NCBI GenBank assembly: GCA_046705025.1
Contig: JBJKQU010000167.1
Coordinates: 26,131-90,130 of the forward strand
Length of the DNA stretch: 64,000 bases
Direction: 5' to 3'
Source: Candidatus Kryptoniota bacterium
Lineage (GTDB): Bacteria > Bacteroidota > Ignavibacteria > Kryptoniales > JAKASW01
Part shown: piece after piece, positions 46,306 through 58,674 of the stretch
Layout of the letters: each line of letters opens with the position of its first letter
Position numbering within the stretch: position 1 is the first letter of the stretch
The notes under the pieces: model-generated
What the model was told of the DNA's origin: nothing
Database searches by the model: none
Seen by the model: only the letters and a program-made list of their open reading frames with translations
Made by a program: the position numbers and the translations under genes

Positions 46306-47225
46306 TTTCCTCTTACCTGACGGAGAGCCTCGTGGAATGCGGGAACATGCTTGAAACGTCTGTGAAACCACAGCCAGTTCTCGGGGTACTTCCTTATATA
46401 ACTCTCGAGCAGGCTGACGTGTCGTTGAGTCAATTCCCTGACGCTCTCTTCCGATTCATCCGTAAGATCGCTGTAGTCCACTCTTTGGAGGTCAACGCGG
46501 TACGACCCGTCTCCATTCCTTATCATGAACCCGACTTGTACCGCAGCTCCGGTTCTGAGTGCAAATGACGCGGGCCCCTGGAAGGTCGGCACGTCGATGC
46601 CGAAGAACTTCGCGGTCGGACTCTCCTTCGCCGGACTCTGGTCGGCAAGAAGCGCGAGTATACCGTTAGAGGTAAGCTGGCTGAGAGCCGCGCGTATGGA
46701 TTTGTCCATGGGAACCGTTTCGTTGCCGAGATGGGCTCTGTACCTTTCGGCAACCCTGTCCACGGTTTCATTGTGAAAGGGATGAACTATGATGAGGAGG
46801 TTTTTCGGCGAAAGCGTTCCTACGGTAAGCGCAATCAACTCCCAATTTGAAAAGTGTCCGCTTATCATCACCAGCCCCTTCCCCCTTTCCAAGTCCGATT
46901 CGATGAGCCGGTACATGTCGCCGGAGAAATCCACGAACTCCCTCAGGCTTTCCCTCGTGAATTTCGGAAAGCACAGGAACTCGAACAGAACAGTTACGAC
47001 ATTTACGTACGAGCCTTCGAGAATCTTCTCAATCTCCTCGTCGGTCTTTTCGGGAAAACAGAGGCGCAGGTTGGTCCGCGCAACGTCTCCCCGCACGGGA
47101 AGATGCTTGTATGCAAACCGCCCCGAGGATGCAGCCATCCTTTGCACGCGGCGTATCGAAAAACGTCTGAGGAAGAAACCGACCAGTCTTAGCAAGCCGG
47201 ATTGCAGGTGATCAGCGGCTCTCAT
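46302..47225 (-). CDS. lipid A biosynthesis (LpxL/HtrB-type) lysophospholipid acyltransferase family protein
   Basis: 307-aa ORF; HFSNWE (Hx4E) acyltransferase motif and typical LpxL-family length and order. Confidence 0.78.
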   Translation of the reverse strand: MRAADHLQSGLLRLVGFFLRRFSIRRVQRMAASSGRFAYKHLPVRGDVARTNLRLCFPEKTDEEIEKILEGSYVNVVTVLFEFLCFPKFTRESLREFVDFSGDMYRLIESDLERGKGLVMISGHFSNWELIALTVGTLSPKNLLIIVHPFHNETVDRVAERYRAHLGNETVPMDKSIRAALSQLTSNGILALLADQSPAKESPTAKFFGIDVPTFQGPASFALRTGAAVQVGFMIRNGDGSYRVDLQRVDYSDLTDESEESVRELTQRHVSLLESYIRKYPENWLWFHRRFKHVPAFHEALRQVRGK

Positions 47226-47231
47226 ATCCGC

Positions 47232-48395
47232 TCATTTTATTTTGAAGCCGAACACATTGGCGTTATCGGTGCACACCGCCAGGTAGTGTTCATATATTGC
47301 GGGTGCCGTCCGAACACGCCCGTCGAGATAGATCTTTTGTACCACTTTCCCGTCGCTCTTGTCGACAACAAACAAATCCCGGTCAAGACTGCCGAAGATG
47401 ACCTGAGACTTCGTCTGTGCCGCCGAAGTGATTATCGGGGCGCCCGTCTCCACTTTCCACAAAACCGACCCGTTCCGGAGACTCAAGGCATAGAAGTATC
47501 CGTCATTACAGCCGAAATACACCTTCTTTGCGTCGGAGATCGGCATGGACAGAATCCTTTGATCGGTTGAATACTCGAACGCGAGAGTGCCATCCATCCG
47601 CAGCGCCATGAACTTGCCTTTGTTGTCCCCGACAAATATCAAGCTGTCGTTCATAGACGCAGAACACCAAACCATCGCCCCGGCCTTGTACTTCCACACC
47701 TCCTTTCCGGTAACGGAACTTATCGCATAGACGTAGCCGTCTTCGCATCCGAAGACGCAGAGACTGTCGTTAACTGCAGGCGATACCCTGACAGGCGCGG
47801 GAAACTCCTTGTGGAAGACTTCCCTTCCGCTTTTCAGATAGTATTTGTAGATCTCTCCCGTGACCGTCGGAACATAGAGCGCGGTATCCAGGAGTGCGGG
47901 CGGAGCTTCAACATCCGGTATGCGTTTCGTCCAGACTGTCTTCCCCGTCAAAAGGTTGTATGCAAACAAGTTTTCTTTCGATTGAGAAGAGGCTACGATC
48001 ATGAGACTGCCGGAGACGAGCGGAGAAGAAAAGATAGCTCCTCCAAAGCTCTTCGACGCCATCTCCTTTCCGTTTCTCGAGTTCAGCAAATAGACATCGC
48101 CCTTCAATGTTCCCACGAAAACAGTCCCATCCGCAATCGTCGGGGAAAACGTCCCGAATCCCGCATCGACGCCGTGCTTCCACAGCAGTTCTATTCCGGT
48201 CGAAGCCGAATTGGTCATCGACGTGTGGATAGAATTCCCTCCGAACATCGGCCAGTTAGCCGGAGACTCGCTGACGGGTTTCGATAGCCGCAGGGTTCCG
48301 CATGACGCGACCAATAAAGACAGCAGCAATATGGCAGCGCGAGCGGTCCTCAAGACGCCTCGCCATGCGTTACCCGTCTTTGCGTGGAGCGGCAT
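47232..48395 (-). CDS. BamB-like PQQ-type beta-propeller lipoprotein
   Basis: 387-aa ORF; lipobox LLVASC; repeated propeller blades (e.g. DGTVFVGTLKGDVYLLN, DGYVYAIS, DGYFYALS). Confidence 0.6.
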   Translation of the reverse strand: MPLHAKTGNAWRGVLRTARAAILLLSLLVASCGTLRLSKPVSESPANWPMFGGNSIHTSMTNSASTGIELLWKHGVDAGFGTFSPTIADGTVFVGTLKGDVYLLNSRNGKEMASKSFGGAIFSSPLVSGSLMIVASSQSKENLFAYNLLTGKTVWTKRIPDVEAPPALLDTALYVPTVTGEIYKYYLKSGREVFHKEFPAPVRVSPAVNDSLCVFGCEDGYVYAISSVTGKEVWKYKAGAMVWCSASMNDSLIFVGDNKGKFMALRMDGTLAFEYSTDQRILSMPISDAKKVYFGCNDGYFYALSLRNGSVLWKVETGAPIITSAAQTKSQVIFGSLDRDLFVVDKSDGKVVQKIYLDGRVRTAPAIYEHYLAVCTDNANVFGFKIK

Positions 48396-48420
48396 ATCGC
48401 AAAGACCCCGGCAGGTTTAT

Positions 48421-49917
48421 TCATGATGTGACTCTCTCTGTCTGTCTCTGAGTGAAACGAGCCGAAACCAATCCTACTATGATCGTCGTCAAGGAGCCTA
48501 TCATCGTATACCACGTCCACGCAATCGGGGTAAAGAAGAAGACGTAGACGAGTATCGCCAGGCCCGCAGAGAAGCCGATGATCGCGTCCTTCTGCTGCGG
48601 CTTCTTGAACAGTACGCCCAGTAAAAATGTTCCGAGAAGTCCGCCGTATGTAACCGAAGCGATCGACAGCGCAACGACGATCACCGATTGGTTGGATCGT
48701 ATAAAGATGAAAGCCGTTCCGACAAGTATTATCGTCCACATGATGCTGAACAATTTGGATAGTTTCAGGTCTTTCGCGTCGCTGTCCGTGTGTTTGCCGA
48801 AATACGGCTTGTAAAGATCAATCAGCGTTGAAGAAGCAAGCGAGTTGATCGAACCGCTCAGCGAGCCCATCGCGCTGGCAAGCAATCCGGCGACGATAAT
48901 TCCGCTCACTCCGCTCGGCAGCTGTTCGACTATGAATTTCGGAAAGATCTGGTCTCCATCTTTGAAAGGATACGCGTGGTAGAAAGCGTAGAGCACAACG
49001 CCGATTATCAGGAAGAACAGGAATTGAAGCGCGACGAAAAAGCCGCTTGCGATGACCGCCTTCTGGCTGCTCTTCAGGGAATCTGTAGCAAGCAGACGCT
49101 GGACAATCAGCTGATCGGTGCCGTGCGATGCCATAGACAGGAACGCGCCGCCCAGCACACTGGCTACGAATGTGTAGTCTACGGTGAAGAAATGACCGAA
49201 GCCTCCCGTGAATCCCCAGTGTATGAATTGAAACTTGCTCTTAGCCGCCGCCATAGACACTACGGTTCCCCAGCCGCCGGGGATGTGCACCAGCATAATA
49301 TAGAGCGCTATCGCCGCCCCGCCGATATAGATGAACATCTGGATGACGTCTGTCCAGATTACCGCCTTTATTCCGCCGATGTAAGTATAGATGAACGTAA
49401 ATAAGGTAATCACGATGATTGCAATCGCGTAGACGTAGACAACCGGATAACCGCTGAATATCTTATACCCCTGAAAAATGATGGCAAGGGGAATTGCGGT
49501 GGTAAAGAGCCTGACTCCGGTAGCAAGAGTCCTTGTGATGAGAAATACGATCGAAGCATAGTTGCGTGTTTTTTCACCGAAGCGGGTCTTCAGAAGTTCG
49601 TAGGCAGTGACGAGCTCCCCGCGATAGTATGGCGGCAGGAACAGTATTGCGATGGTTATTCGGCCCAGTATGTAGCCGAGCGCTATCTGCAGGAAATTAA
49701 GGTTTGTCAGATAAGCGAGCCCGGGGATCGAAATGAAGGTTATCGCGCTCGTCTCGGTTGCAACCACGGCGAAAGAGACGACGAGCCACGGAATTTTTCT
49801 GCCGCCGACAAAATAATCTTTGGTGCTGGTTTGTTTGCCCCCTGTCAGAACGCCGAATACAGCGACCCCGACCAAGTAGACTATTACAATGATATAATCG
49901 ATAGTTGTGAATCCCAT
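48421..49917 (-). CDS. sodium:solute symporter (SSS) family transporter
   Basis: 498-aa ORF with about 13 TM; N-terminal DYFVGGRKIPWLVV pattern typical of the SSS family. Confidence 0.85.
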   Translation of the reverse strand: MGFTTIDYIIVIVYLVGVAVFGVLTGGKQTSTKDYFVGGRKIPWLVVSFAVVATETSAITFISIPGLAYLTNLNFLQIALGYILGRITIAILFLPPYYRGELVTAYELLKTRFGEKTRNYASIVFLITRTLATGVRLFTTAIPLAIIFQGYKIFSGYPVVYVYAIAIIVITLFTFIYTYIGGIKAVIWTDVIQMFIYIGGAAIALYIMLVHIPGGWGTVVSMAAAKSKFQFIHWGFTGGFGHFFTVDYTFVASVLGGAFLSMASHGTDQLIVQRLLATDSLKSSQKAVIASGFFVALQFLFFLIIGVVLYAFYHAYPFKDGDQIFPKFIVEQLPSGVSGIIVAGLLASAMGSLSGSINSLASSTLIDLYKPYFGKHTDSDAKDLKLSKLFSIMWTIILVGTAFIFIRSNQSVIVVALSIASVTYGGLLGTFLLGVLFKKPQQKDAIIGFSAGLAILVYVFFFTPIAWTWYTMIGSLTTIIVGLVSARFTQRQTERVTS

Positions 49918-49945
49918 CTGTTCTCCAGGAAATAGTTGCGGATTT

Positions 49946-50277
49946 TTACTTTACAGCCTCCGGCGAGACGTGAATCGTGAAGACCTTTTCGAGTTGGGTG
50001 ACCCTGAAAAGGTTGCGAACATCGGGATTCGGGACAATCAAGTGTACCTCCCCCTTTAGCTCGCGCATCATCCTTTCTGATACAAGGAGCGCACTCAGTC
50101 CGGATGAATCACACGACCTTACCGAGCTCATGTCGACCACCAGTTTCTTCAACGGCGGTCTGCAAAGCACAAGGAACTCCGCCTTGAGCTGCGGCGATGT
50201 CCGAGTGTCAAGTTTTTCGATGTTGAGTCTCAGCACCGCGTGCCCCTTATGACTCTCTGTTTCGAATAGTTTCTTTT

Positions 50278-50281
<4 letters not shown>
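49946..50281 (-). CDS. STAS-domain anti-sigma-factor antagonist-like protein
   Basis: 111-aa ORF; STAS pattern with VDMSSVRSCDSSGLSALL. Confidence 0.78.
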
Positions 50282-53575
<3,294 letters not shown>

Positions 53576-53701
53576 CAGATAACGCGTTTTTCAGGTGATA
53601 TTTTGAATCTAATTAACTTAGATAACTATAACAACGTTCCAACCCAATAAGATTTGCGGCCTTACCCGCCCCGACACGCCAATGGCCCCTCTGAACGGGA
53701 C

Positions 53702-53732
53702 TTGACATTTTGAAAGGCGTTTCAAATATTTA
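53702..53732 (+). promoter_or_regulatory. candidate lexA promoter (TTGACA, AT-rich -10) with embedded palindrome TTTGAAA-GGCG-TTTCAAA
   Basis: TTGACA at 53702-53707; perfect 7-bp inverted repeat at 53709-53726 occupying the spacer; AATATT/TATTTA at 53725-53732; ATG of lexA at 53755. Confidence 0.4.
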
Positions 53733-53754
53733 GTAGAAATACATCTACCATCTA

Positions 53755-54396
53755 ATGGAGGAGAGGATGGAAGCACTTACAGAACGTCAGGCCCGGGTCT
53801 TGAATTTCATTCAGGACCATTACAAGAAATTCGGTTATCCCCCTACAATACGGGAAATCGCCGGACACATCGGTGTGAAATGGAACCACGGTGTCGAGCG
53901 CCACTTGCAGGCTCTGGAAAGGAAGGGGTATCTAAAACGTTCACCTGACAAGAGTCGAGGCCTTCAGCTGGCATACAGCTCAACAGGCACCGAAGTACCG
54001 CTCGTGGGAAGAATTACCGCAGGCAAGCCGGTACTCGCGGTAGAGAACATCGAAGACAGAATAGTCCTGGATCCCGCGTTCGTGAGAGGTGAGAGCAACT
54101 TCCTATTGATGGTGGAAGGCTTCAGCATGAAGAATGCAGGAATACTCGATGGCGACCTCGTCCTGGTGAGACAGCAGGCAACGGCAGAGAATGGCGAGAT
54201 CGTTGCCGCGCTTATCGACAACGAAACGGCAACCGTGAAGAGATTCCGGCGGGAGGGTGAAAGGATCATTCTCGAACCGGAGAACCCGGACTTTGAACCG
54301 ATCGTCTCCGACTCTTCATCCGTGAAAATAATCGGCAGGGTGATGGCAGTGTTAAGACTGCTCGACAATCAGCTTACAGTTAAGAAGCTCCGGTGA
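53755..54396 (+). CDS. lexA: LexA repressor
   Basis: 213-aa ORF; wHTH N-domain (LTERQARVLNFIQDHYKKFGYPPTIREIA), cleavage-site region and S24 peptidase Ser/Lys (GFSMKNAGI ... VKRF). Confidence 0.93.
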   Translation: MEERMEALTERQARVLNFIQDHYKKFGYPPTIREIAGHIGVKWNHGVERHLQALERKGYLKRSPDKSRGLQLAYSSTGTEVPLVGRITAGKPVLAVENIEDRIVLDPAFVRGESNFLLMVEGFSMKNAGILDGDLVLVRQQATAENGEIVAALIDNETATVKRFRREGERIILEPENPDFEPIVSDSSSVKIIGRVMAVLRLLDNQLTVKKLR

Positions 54397-54476
54397 CACT
54401 CTTGTCCGGAATCGAGGGGTTCGTGGAAGACCGGAATATTGGAATAATCGAAATATTGGAATAGCAGGATTCAGAG

Positions 54477-55847
54477 GTGATGGACAAAGACCGGTACCCT
54501 ACGATAATGCACATCGACATCGACGCGTTCTTCGCGTCCGTAGAAGAGGCGCTGTATCCTGCGTTGCGGGGGAAGCCTGTAATCGTCGGCGGGCTGCCGA
54601 ACGACCGCGGAGTCGTGTCTTGTCCGAACTATGAGGCACGGAGGCTGGGGGTCAGAACCGCCATGCCTCTTTCAAGAGCATACAGACTTGCTCCAAATGC
54701 GATCTTCGTTAGAGGGAATTACAGGAGCTATGAAAAGTATTCCAGAAGGTTCATGGAGATTCTCCATGACTTCTCTCCCGCCGTTCAGGCAGTAAGTCTG
54801 GACGAGGCTTTTCTCGATGCAAATGGATGCCTGCACTTCTGGAACGGCGACCCGCGTGAGATGGCTGCCGCGATTAAACGGGCGATCTTTGAGGAGCTGA
54901 AGATCACCGTCTCCATAGGAATCGCTTCGAACAAGCTCTGCGCCAAAGTTGCAACCGACTACTCAAAACAAATCGCGAGAGAGTACGCCGGAGGGGCGGT
55001 GCTGCCTCCGAACGGGCTGTTTATGGTAGACATCGGAAAGGAGAAAGAATTTCTGGCACCTCTTCCGGTTTCTGCGCTGCCGGGAATCGGCAAAAGGACT
55101 ACCGAGGCTCTCTTGAACCTTGGGCTGGAGACCGTTCGAAAGCTCTCATATGCAAATGTGGACATTTTGAAAAAGATCTTCGGAGTAGCAGGAGAGCATC
55201 TGCACAGCGCGGCTAACGGCTCAGGTGACGATCAGTTGGTGATTGAGGCCGGCGGCGCGAAGTCGGTTTCTCGCAGCACAACCTTCGGTCAGGACTCAAA
55301 CGATCAGGGGTTCATTTCGTCCGTGATTTTCTACCTGTCGGAAAAGGTCGCGCGTGCTCTTCGGGAAGAGGGGATGGCAGCATCGACGGTTATTCTTAAG
55401 CTGCGTTATTCCGACGGCGCTCCCCTGCACGGATACAGGACGGCGAGTGCCCGCTCAGACCGCCGATTCGTGACCTATCAAAGGAATCGCACACTCGATC
55501 GGCCGAGCGATTCCGAGCTCGACATAGCGGCGACCGCTTTCTCTCTCTTTAAGAGTCTATGGCTTCAAGGGGTGAAAGTCCGCTTGGTCGGCGTTGGGGT
55601 TACAAACATCGCAAAGAAGGGCGGCCAGCTTGAGCTTTTTTCGACGTCAAAGGCAAGGCAGACAAGCCTTCTGGAGGGCATGGACAGAATTCGAAAGAAG
55701 TTCGGCCACGGCTCGATTTACTTCGGGATAACGGATAACCTGGAGCGAGGGGCAGACGGTGGACTGTACCGACATAGAGAAACGGGCTCACAGCCGGAGC
55801 TGATGGCGAGAGATGAGGGCGATTCGCTCGCGGCCGGTACCCTTTGA
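54477..55847 (+). CDS. dinB: DNA polymerase IV
   Basis: 456-aa ORF; MHIDIDAFFASVEE, SLDEAFLD, SIGIASNKLCAKVA Y-family motifs. Confidence 0.93.
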   Translation: MMDKDRYPTIMHIDIDAFFASVEEALYPALRGKPVIVGGLPNDRGVVSCPNYEARRLGVRTAMPLSRAYRLAPNAIFVRGNYRSYEKYSRRFMEILHDFSPAVQAVSLDEAFLDANGCLHFWNGDPREMAAAIKRAIFEELKITVSIGIASNKLCAKVATDYSKQIAREYAGGAVLPPNGLFMVDIGKEKEFLAPLPVSALPGIGKRTTEALLNLGLETVRKLSYANVDILKKIFGVAGEHLHSAANGSGDDQLVIEAGGAKSVSRSTTFGQDSNDQGFISSVIFYLSEKVARALREEGMAASTVILKLRYSDGAPLHGYRTASARSDRRFVTYQRNRTLDRPSDSELDIAATAFSLFKSLWLQGVKVRLVGVGVTNIAKKGGQLELFSTSKARQTSLLEGMDRIRKKFGHGSIYFGITDNLERGADGGLYRHRETGSQPELMARDEGDSLAAGTL

Positions 55848-55906
55848 GCACGCTTTCTTTAACGGCTATCTTGATTGATTCGGACACAATGGAAATATTG
55901 AAGTAA

Positions 55907-56860
55907 ATGGAAGGCTTTCGCAAAAGTGATAAAGGGTCGCCCGCCTTCAAGAGGCCGGTGCCGACTTTAAGGCGCATCATGACTGTCTTGCGGCGCGTCC
56001 TCGTCAGCTCATCGCTGTTCGGTTCGCTACTCTTTCTGACATCATTCCAGTCCGTTCCTTCTCTCGTGGCGGAGTTCAGCTTCGGAAATTTCCAGGATCC
56101 TAAGGGAATCAGTATCGATCCGATGGGGTCGATATATGTCGCCGATACGGGGGCCGACCTGCTGTTAAGATTCAACGCATCCGGCGACTCGACGGGCGAG
56201 GTGGGAGGATACGGCTGGGGAGATTTCCAATTCGACATGCCCTTCGACGTGTGTGCGACAAACGGCGTGGAAATCTACGTTGCTGACTACAACAACAATC
56301 GTATCGAGAAGTTCGACCGCACTCTCGCGAACGTCGCGACGCTTTCCACTGATCAGTCTAACGACGAATCAAAGCGCTTCGGCTACCCGTCGGGGGTGGC
56401 CGTTTCGAGATTGGGCGACCTGTTCATTTGCGACGACGAAAACGTGAGAATAGTCAAAGTGAATACTTTCTCCACTGTAGAGCGCACGTTCGGCGGTTAC
56501 GGCCAAGGGGCGGGAAGCCTCACAATGCCGCGACAGGTTGCAATCGGCCCGCAGGACGGCGTTTATGTTTCCGACAAAGGAAGAATCGCGGTTTACGACA
56601 ACTTTGGAAATTACCTGAGATCGATAGGTGTCGGGGTACTCAGTGATCCGACCGGGATAGGAATTTATGGCAACGAGATCGGCGTATGCGATCCGGACAC
56701 CCTCTTCTTCTTCAAGCTTGACGGGACGTTGATTGCGAGATTTTCGACCACAGATGTGCTCGGTGCAAAGATCGATCACTTCAACGATGTGGCCATGAGC
56801 GGGAACAGAGTGTACATTCTGACCGACAAGAATGTCGTCGTGGCCAAATCGAATTTTTGA
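55907..56860 (+). CDS. NHL-repeat beta-propeller protein (secreted)
   Basis: Repeated NHL-like blades (PKGISIDPMGSIYVADTGADLLLRF, PFDVCATNGVEIYVADYNNNRIEKF, PSGVAVSRLGDLFICDDENVRIVK ...); the true start is probably an internal Met before the signal peptide. Confidence 0.72.
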   Translation: MEGFRKSDKGSPAFKRPVPTLRRIMTVLRRVLVSSSLFGSLLFLTSFQSVPSLVAEFSFGNFQDPKGISIDPMGSIYVADTGADLLLRFNASGDSTGEVGGYGWGDFQFDMPFDVCATNGVEIYVADYNNNRIEKFDRTLANVATLSTDQSNDESKRFGYPSGVAVSRLGDLFICDDENVRIVKVNTFSTVERTFGGYGQGAGSLTMPRQVAIGPQDGVYVSDKGRIAVYDNFGNYLRSIGVGVLSDPTGIGIYGNEIGVCDPDTLFFFKLDGTLIARFSTTDVLGAKIDHFNDVAMSGNRVYILTDKNVVVAKSNF

Positions 56861-56931
56861 TAAATCGGTGAAAATTATTTATCCTGTTGTATTCGAGGGC
56901 TATCGTTCTGGACAACTCTAAGGAGATAAAG

Positions 56932-57456
56932 ATGCGCCGTTATGTCATAGTTGCCGCACTCACACTCTTCATCGGCCTGTCGCAGTTGTTTGCACAATCG
57001 GCGGGCAAGGACGTGTCAAAAACTGTTGAGAATTTCTTCCCTGAAAACTCATTCCAGGATGCATTCGTGTCGCCGGACTCTACGGTTCACGTGACGCTCC
57101 GTTACTATCCCGTCATTATGGATGCGATGTACTTTTACACCAAGTCAGGCTGCGCAGTGGCGCATGAGCTCTACCGGACGGTCCTCCAAACCGTACCGGA
57201 AGTTTTCAAAGCGGTCCAGGGATCACAGGAAGTGGAGATCAGATGCATCCAGGTACCGGATGATGCGGCAGGCGGACCGACCGTAACCCGATGCTGGTTT
57301 TCGGTAAACAGAAACTCACTCGAGAGCGAATCGTTTAAGAACGCGCTCGCAATTCTACCTCGCCTCAACAAGACCTGCGAGGGTCAGAATGAGATACTGA
57401 AGGCGTTCAGCGGCTATTACCTCGACGGACAGACGCAGCGAGACTTGATGCAGTAG
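56932..57456 (+). CDS. hypothetical secreted protein
   Basis: Start set at MRRYVIVAALTLFIGLSQLFAQ (AAGGAG RBS); signal peptide; no family recognised. Confidence 0.5.
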   Translation: MRRYVIVAALTLFIGLSQLFAQSAGKDVSKTVENFFPENSFQDAFVSPDSTVHVTLRYYPVIMDAMYFYTKSGCAVAHELYRTVLQTVPEVFKAVQGSQEVEIRCIQVPDDAAGGPTVTRCWFSVNRNSLESESFKNALAILPRLNKTCEGQNEILKAFSGYYLDGQTQRDLMQ

Positions 57457-57471
57457 GCCCGCAAGCGGGAA

Positions 57472-58470
57472 CTATAAAACTTCCGGATTGACTATGGCCG
57501 GCGGCCTCTCGCCTTTCAATACAGCAATAGCGTTCAGGGCAGCCAGTTCGGACATCCTTGACCGCGTCTCGAAAGTCGCGCTTCCAAGATGCGGGGCGAG
57601 GACAACGTTGTCGAGCTTCAGGAATTCCCTCCTCACGTCGGGTTCCTTCACGTAAACATCAAGCCCGGCCCCGGCAATCTTCCTATTCCTCAGCGCCGTG
57701 ATCAGTGCCGGCTCGTCGACAACCTCGCCTCGTGAGGTGTTGATGAGGATGCCCGTCTGCTTCATCAACCCTATCTCTTTCCTTCCGATCATCCCTTCCG
57801 TTTCAGCACTCAGGGGAACGTTCACGCTGATGAAATCCGATTCCTTGAGCAGAGTCTTTAGGCTGACGGCCCGTCCTCCCAGACTCTCTATCTTCTTGTT
57901 CCGCTTGTGCGAAAAATACAGGATTCTCATCCCGAAGCCCGACGAGCGCCTGGCGACCGCCGTCCCGATCCGCCCCGCCCCGACTATTCCTATCGTCTTG
58001 CCGGAAACGTCATGGCCGAGCATGAGCATCGGTGTCCACCCCTTGAATTTTCCCGCCCTGACAAGCCTGTCGCCTTCCGCTATTCGACGGGCCGCAGCCA
58101 GAAGAAGTCCAAATACCATGTCAGCCGTTGCATCCGTCAGGACACCCGGCGTATTTGTAACGGCAATCCCCTTCTTGGTCGCCGCAGCCACGTCTACGTT
58201 GTTGTAGCCCACCGCGAAATTGGAGATGACCTTGACCCCGTCGAGCCTGGAAATGACGCGCGCATCGAACTTGTTTCCCAGCATCGCAACGACGCCGGAA
58301 GCGCCTTTCAGCCTTCGCAGCAGCTCCGCCTGTGAAAAGTCGCGATCCTCCTTGTTCATTTCCACCAGAAAATGTTTTCTGAGGAGTCTAAGGCCGGCTT
58401 CAGGGATCTGCCGCGTGACAAGGATTTTCGGATGTTTCTTCGATGATCGCATTCTTTTGCTTTCTCTCAA
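57472..58470 (-). CDS. D-isomer-specific 2-hydroxyacid dehydrogenase (glyoxylate/hydroxypyruvate reductase-like)
   Basis: 332-aa ORF; NAD motif GIVGAGRIGTAVARR; catalytic-domain blocks LLNTSRGEVVDE and APHLGSAT. Confidence 0.88.
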   Translation of the reverse strand: MRESKRMRSSKKHPKILVTRQIPEAGLRLLRKHFLVEMNKEDRDFSQAELLRRLKGASGVVAMLGNKFDARVISRLDGVKVISNFAVGYNNVDVAAATKKGIAVTNTPGVLTDATADMVFGLLLAAARRIAEGDRLVRAGKFKGWTPMLMLGHDVSGKTIGIVGAGRIGTAVARRSSGFGMRILYFSHKRNKKIESLGGRAVSLKTLLKESDFISVNVPLSAETEGMIGRKEIGLMKQTGILINTSRGEVVDEPALITALRNRKIAGAGLDVYVKEPDVRREFLKLDNVVLAPHLGSATFETRSRMSELAALNAIAVLKGERPPAIVNPEVL

Positions 58471-58674
58471 AATACGGAAAACTCGAGCCGCATATTTGCC
58501 CGGATCTCATTCGTGAATCTCAGTGGTCAGGAATACAGCCGTCTTTTTTTCTTACACTGGGGTTCCTCCGCCTGAGGGAATGTCCTGTTGGTGTGGAAAA
58601 GAGCCCTCTCTTTCTCCTCCGCGGGTCACGGTTCCTTCAAGCGTCATGCTGAATCCGCAACTACAAGGAAGAAT

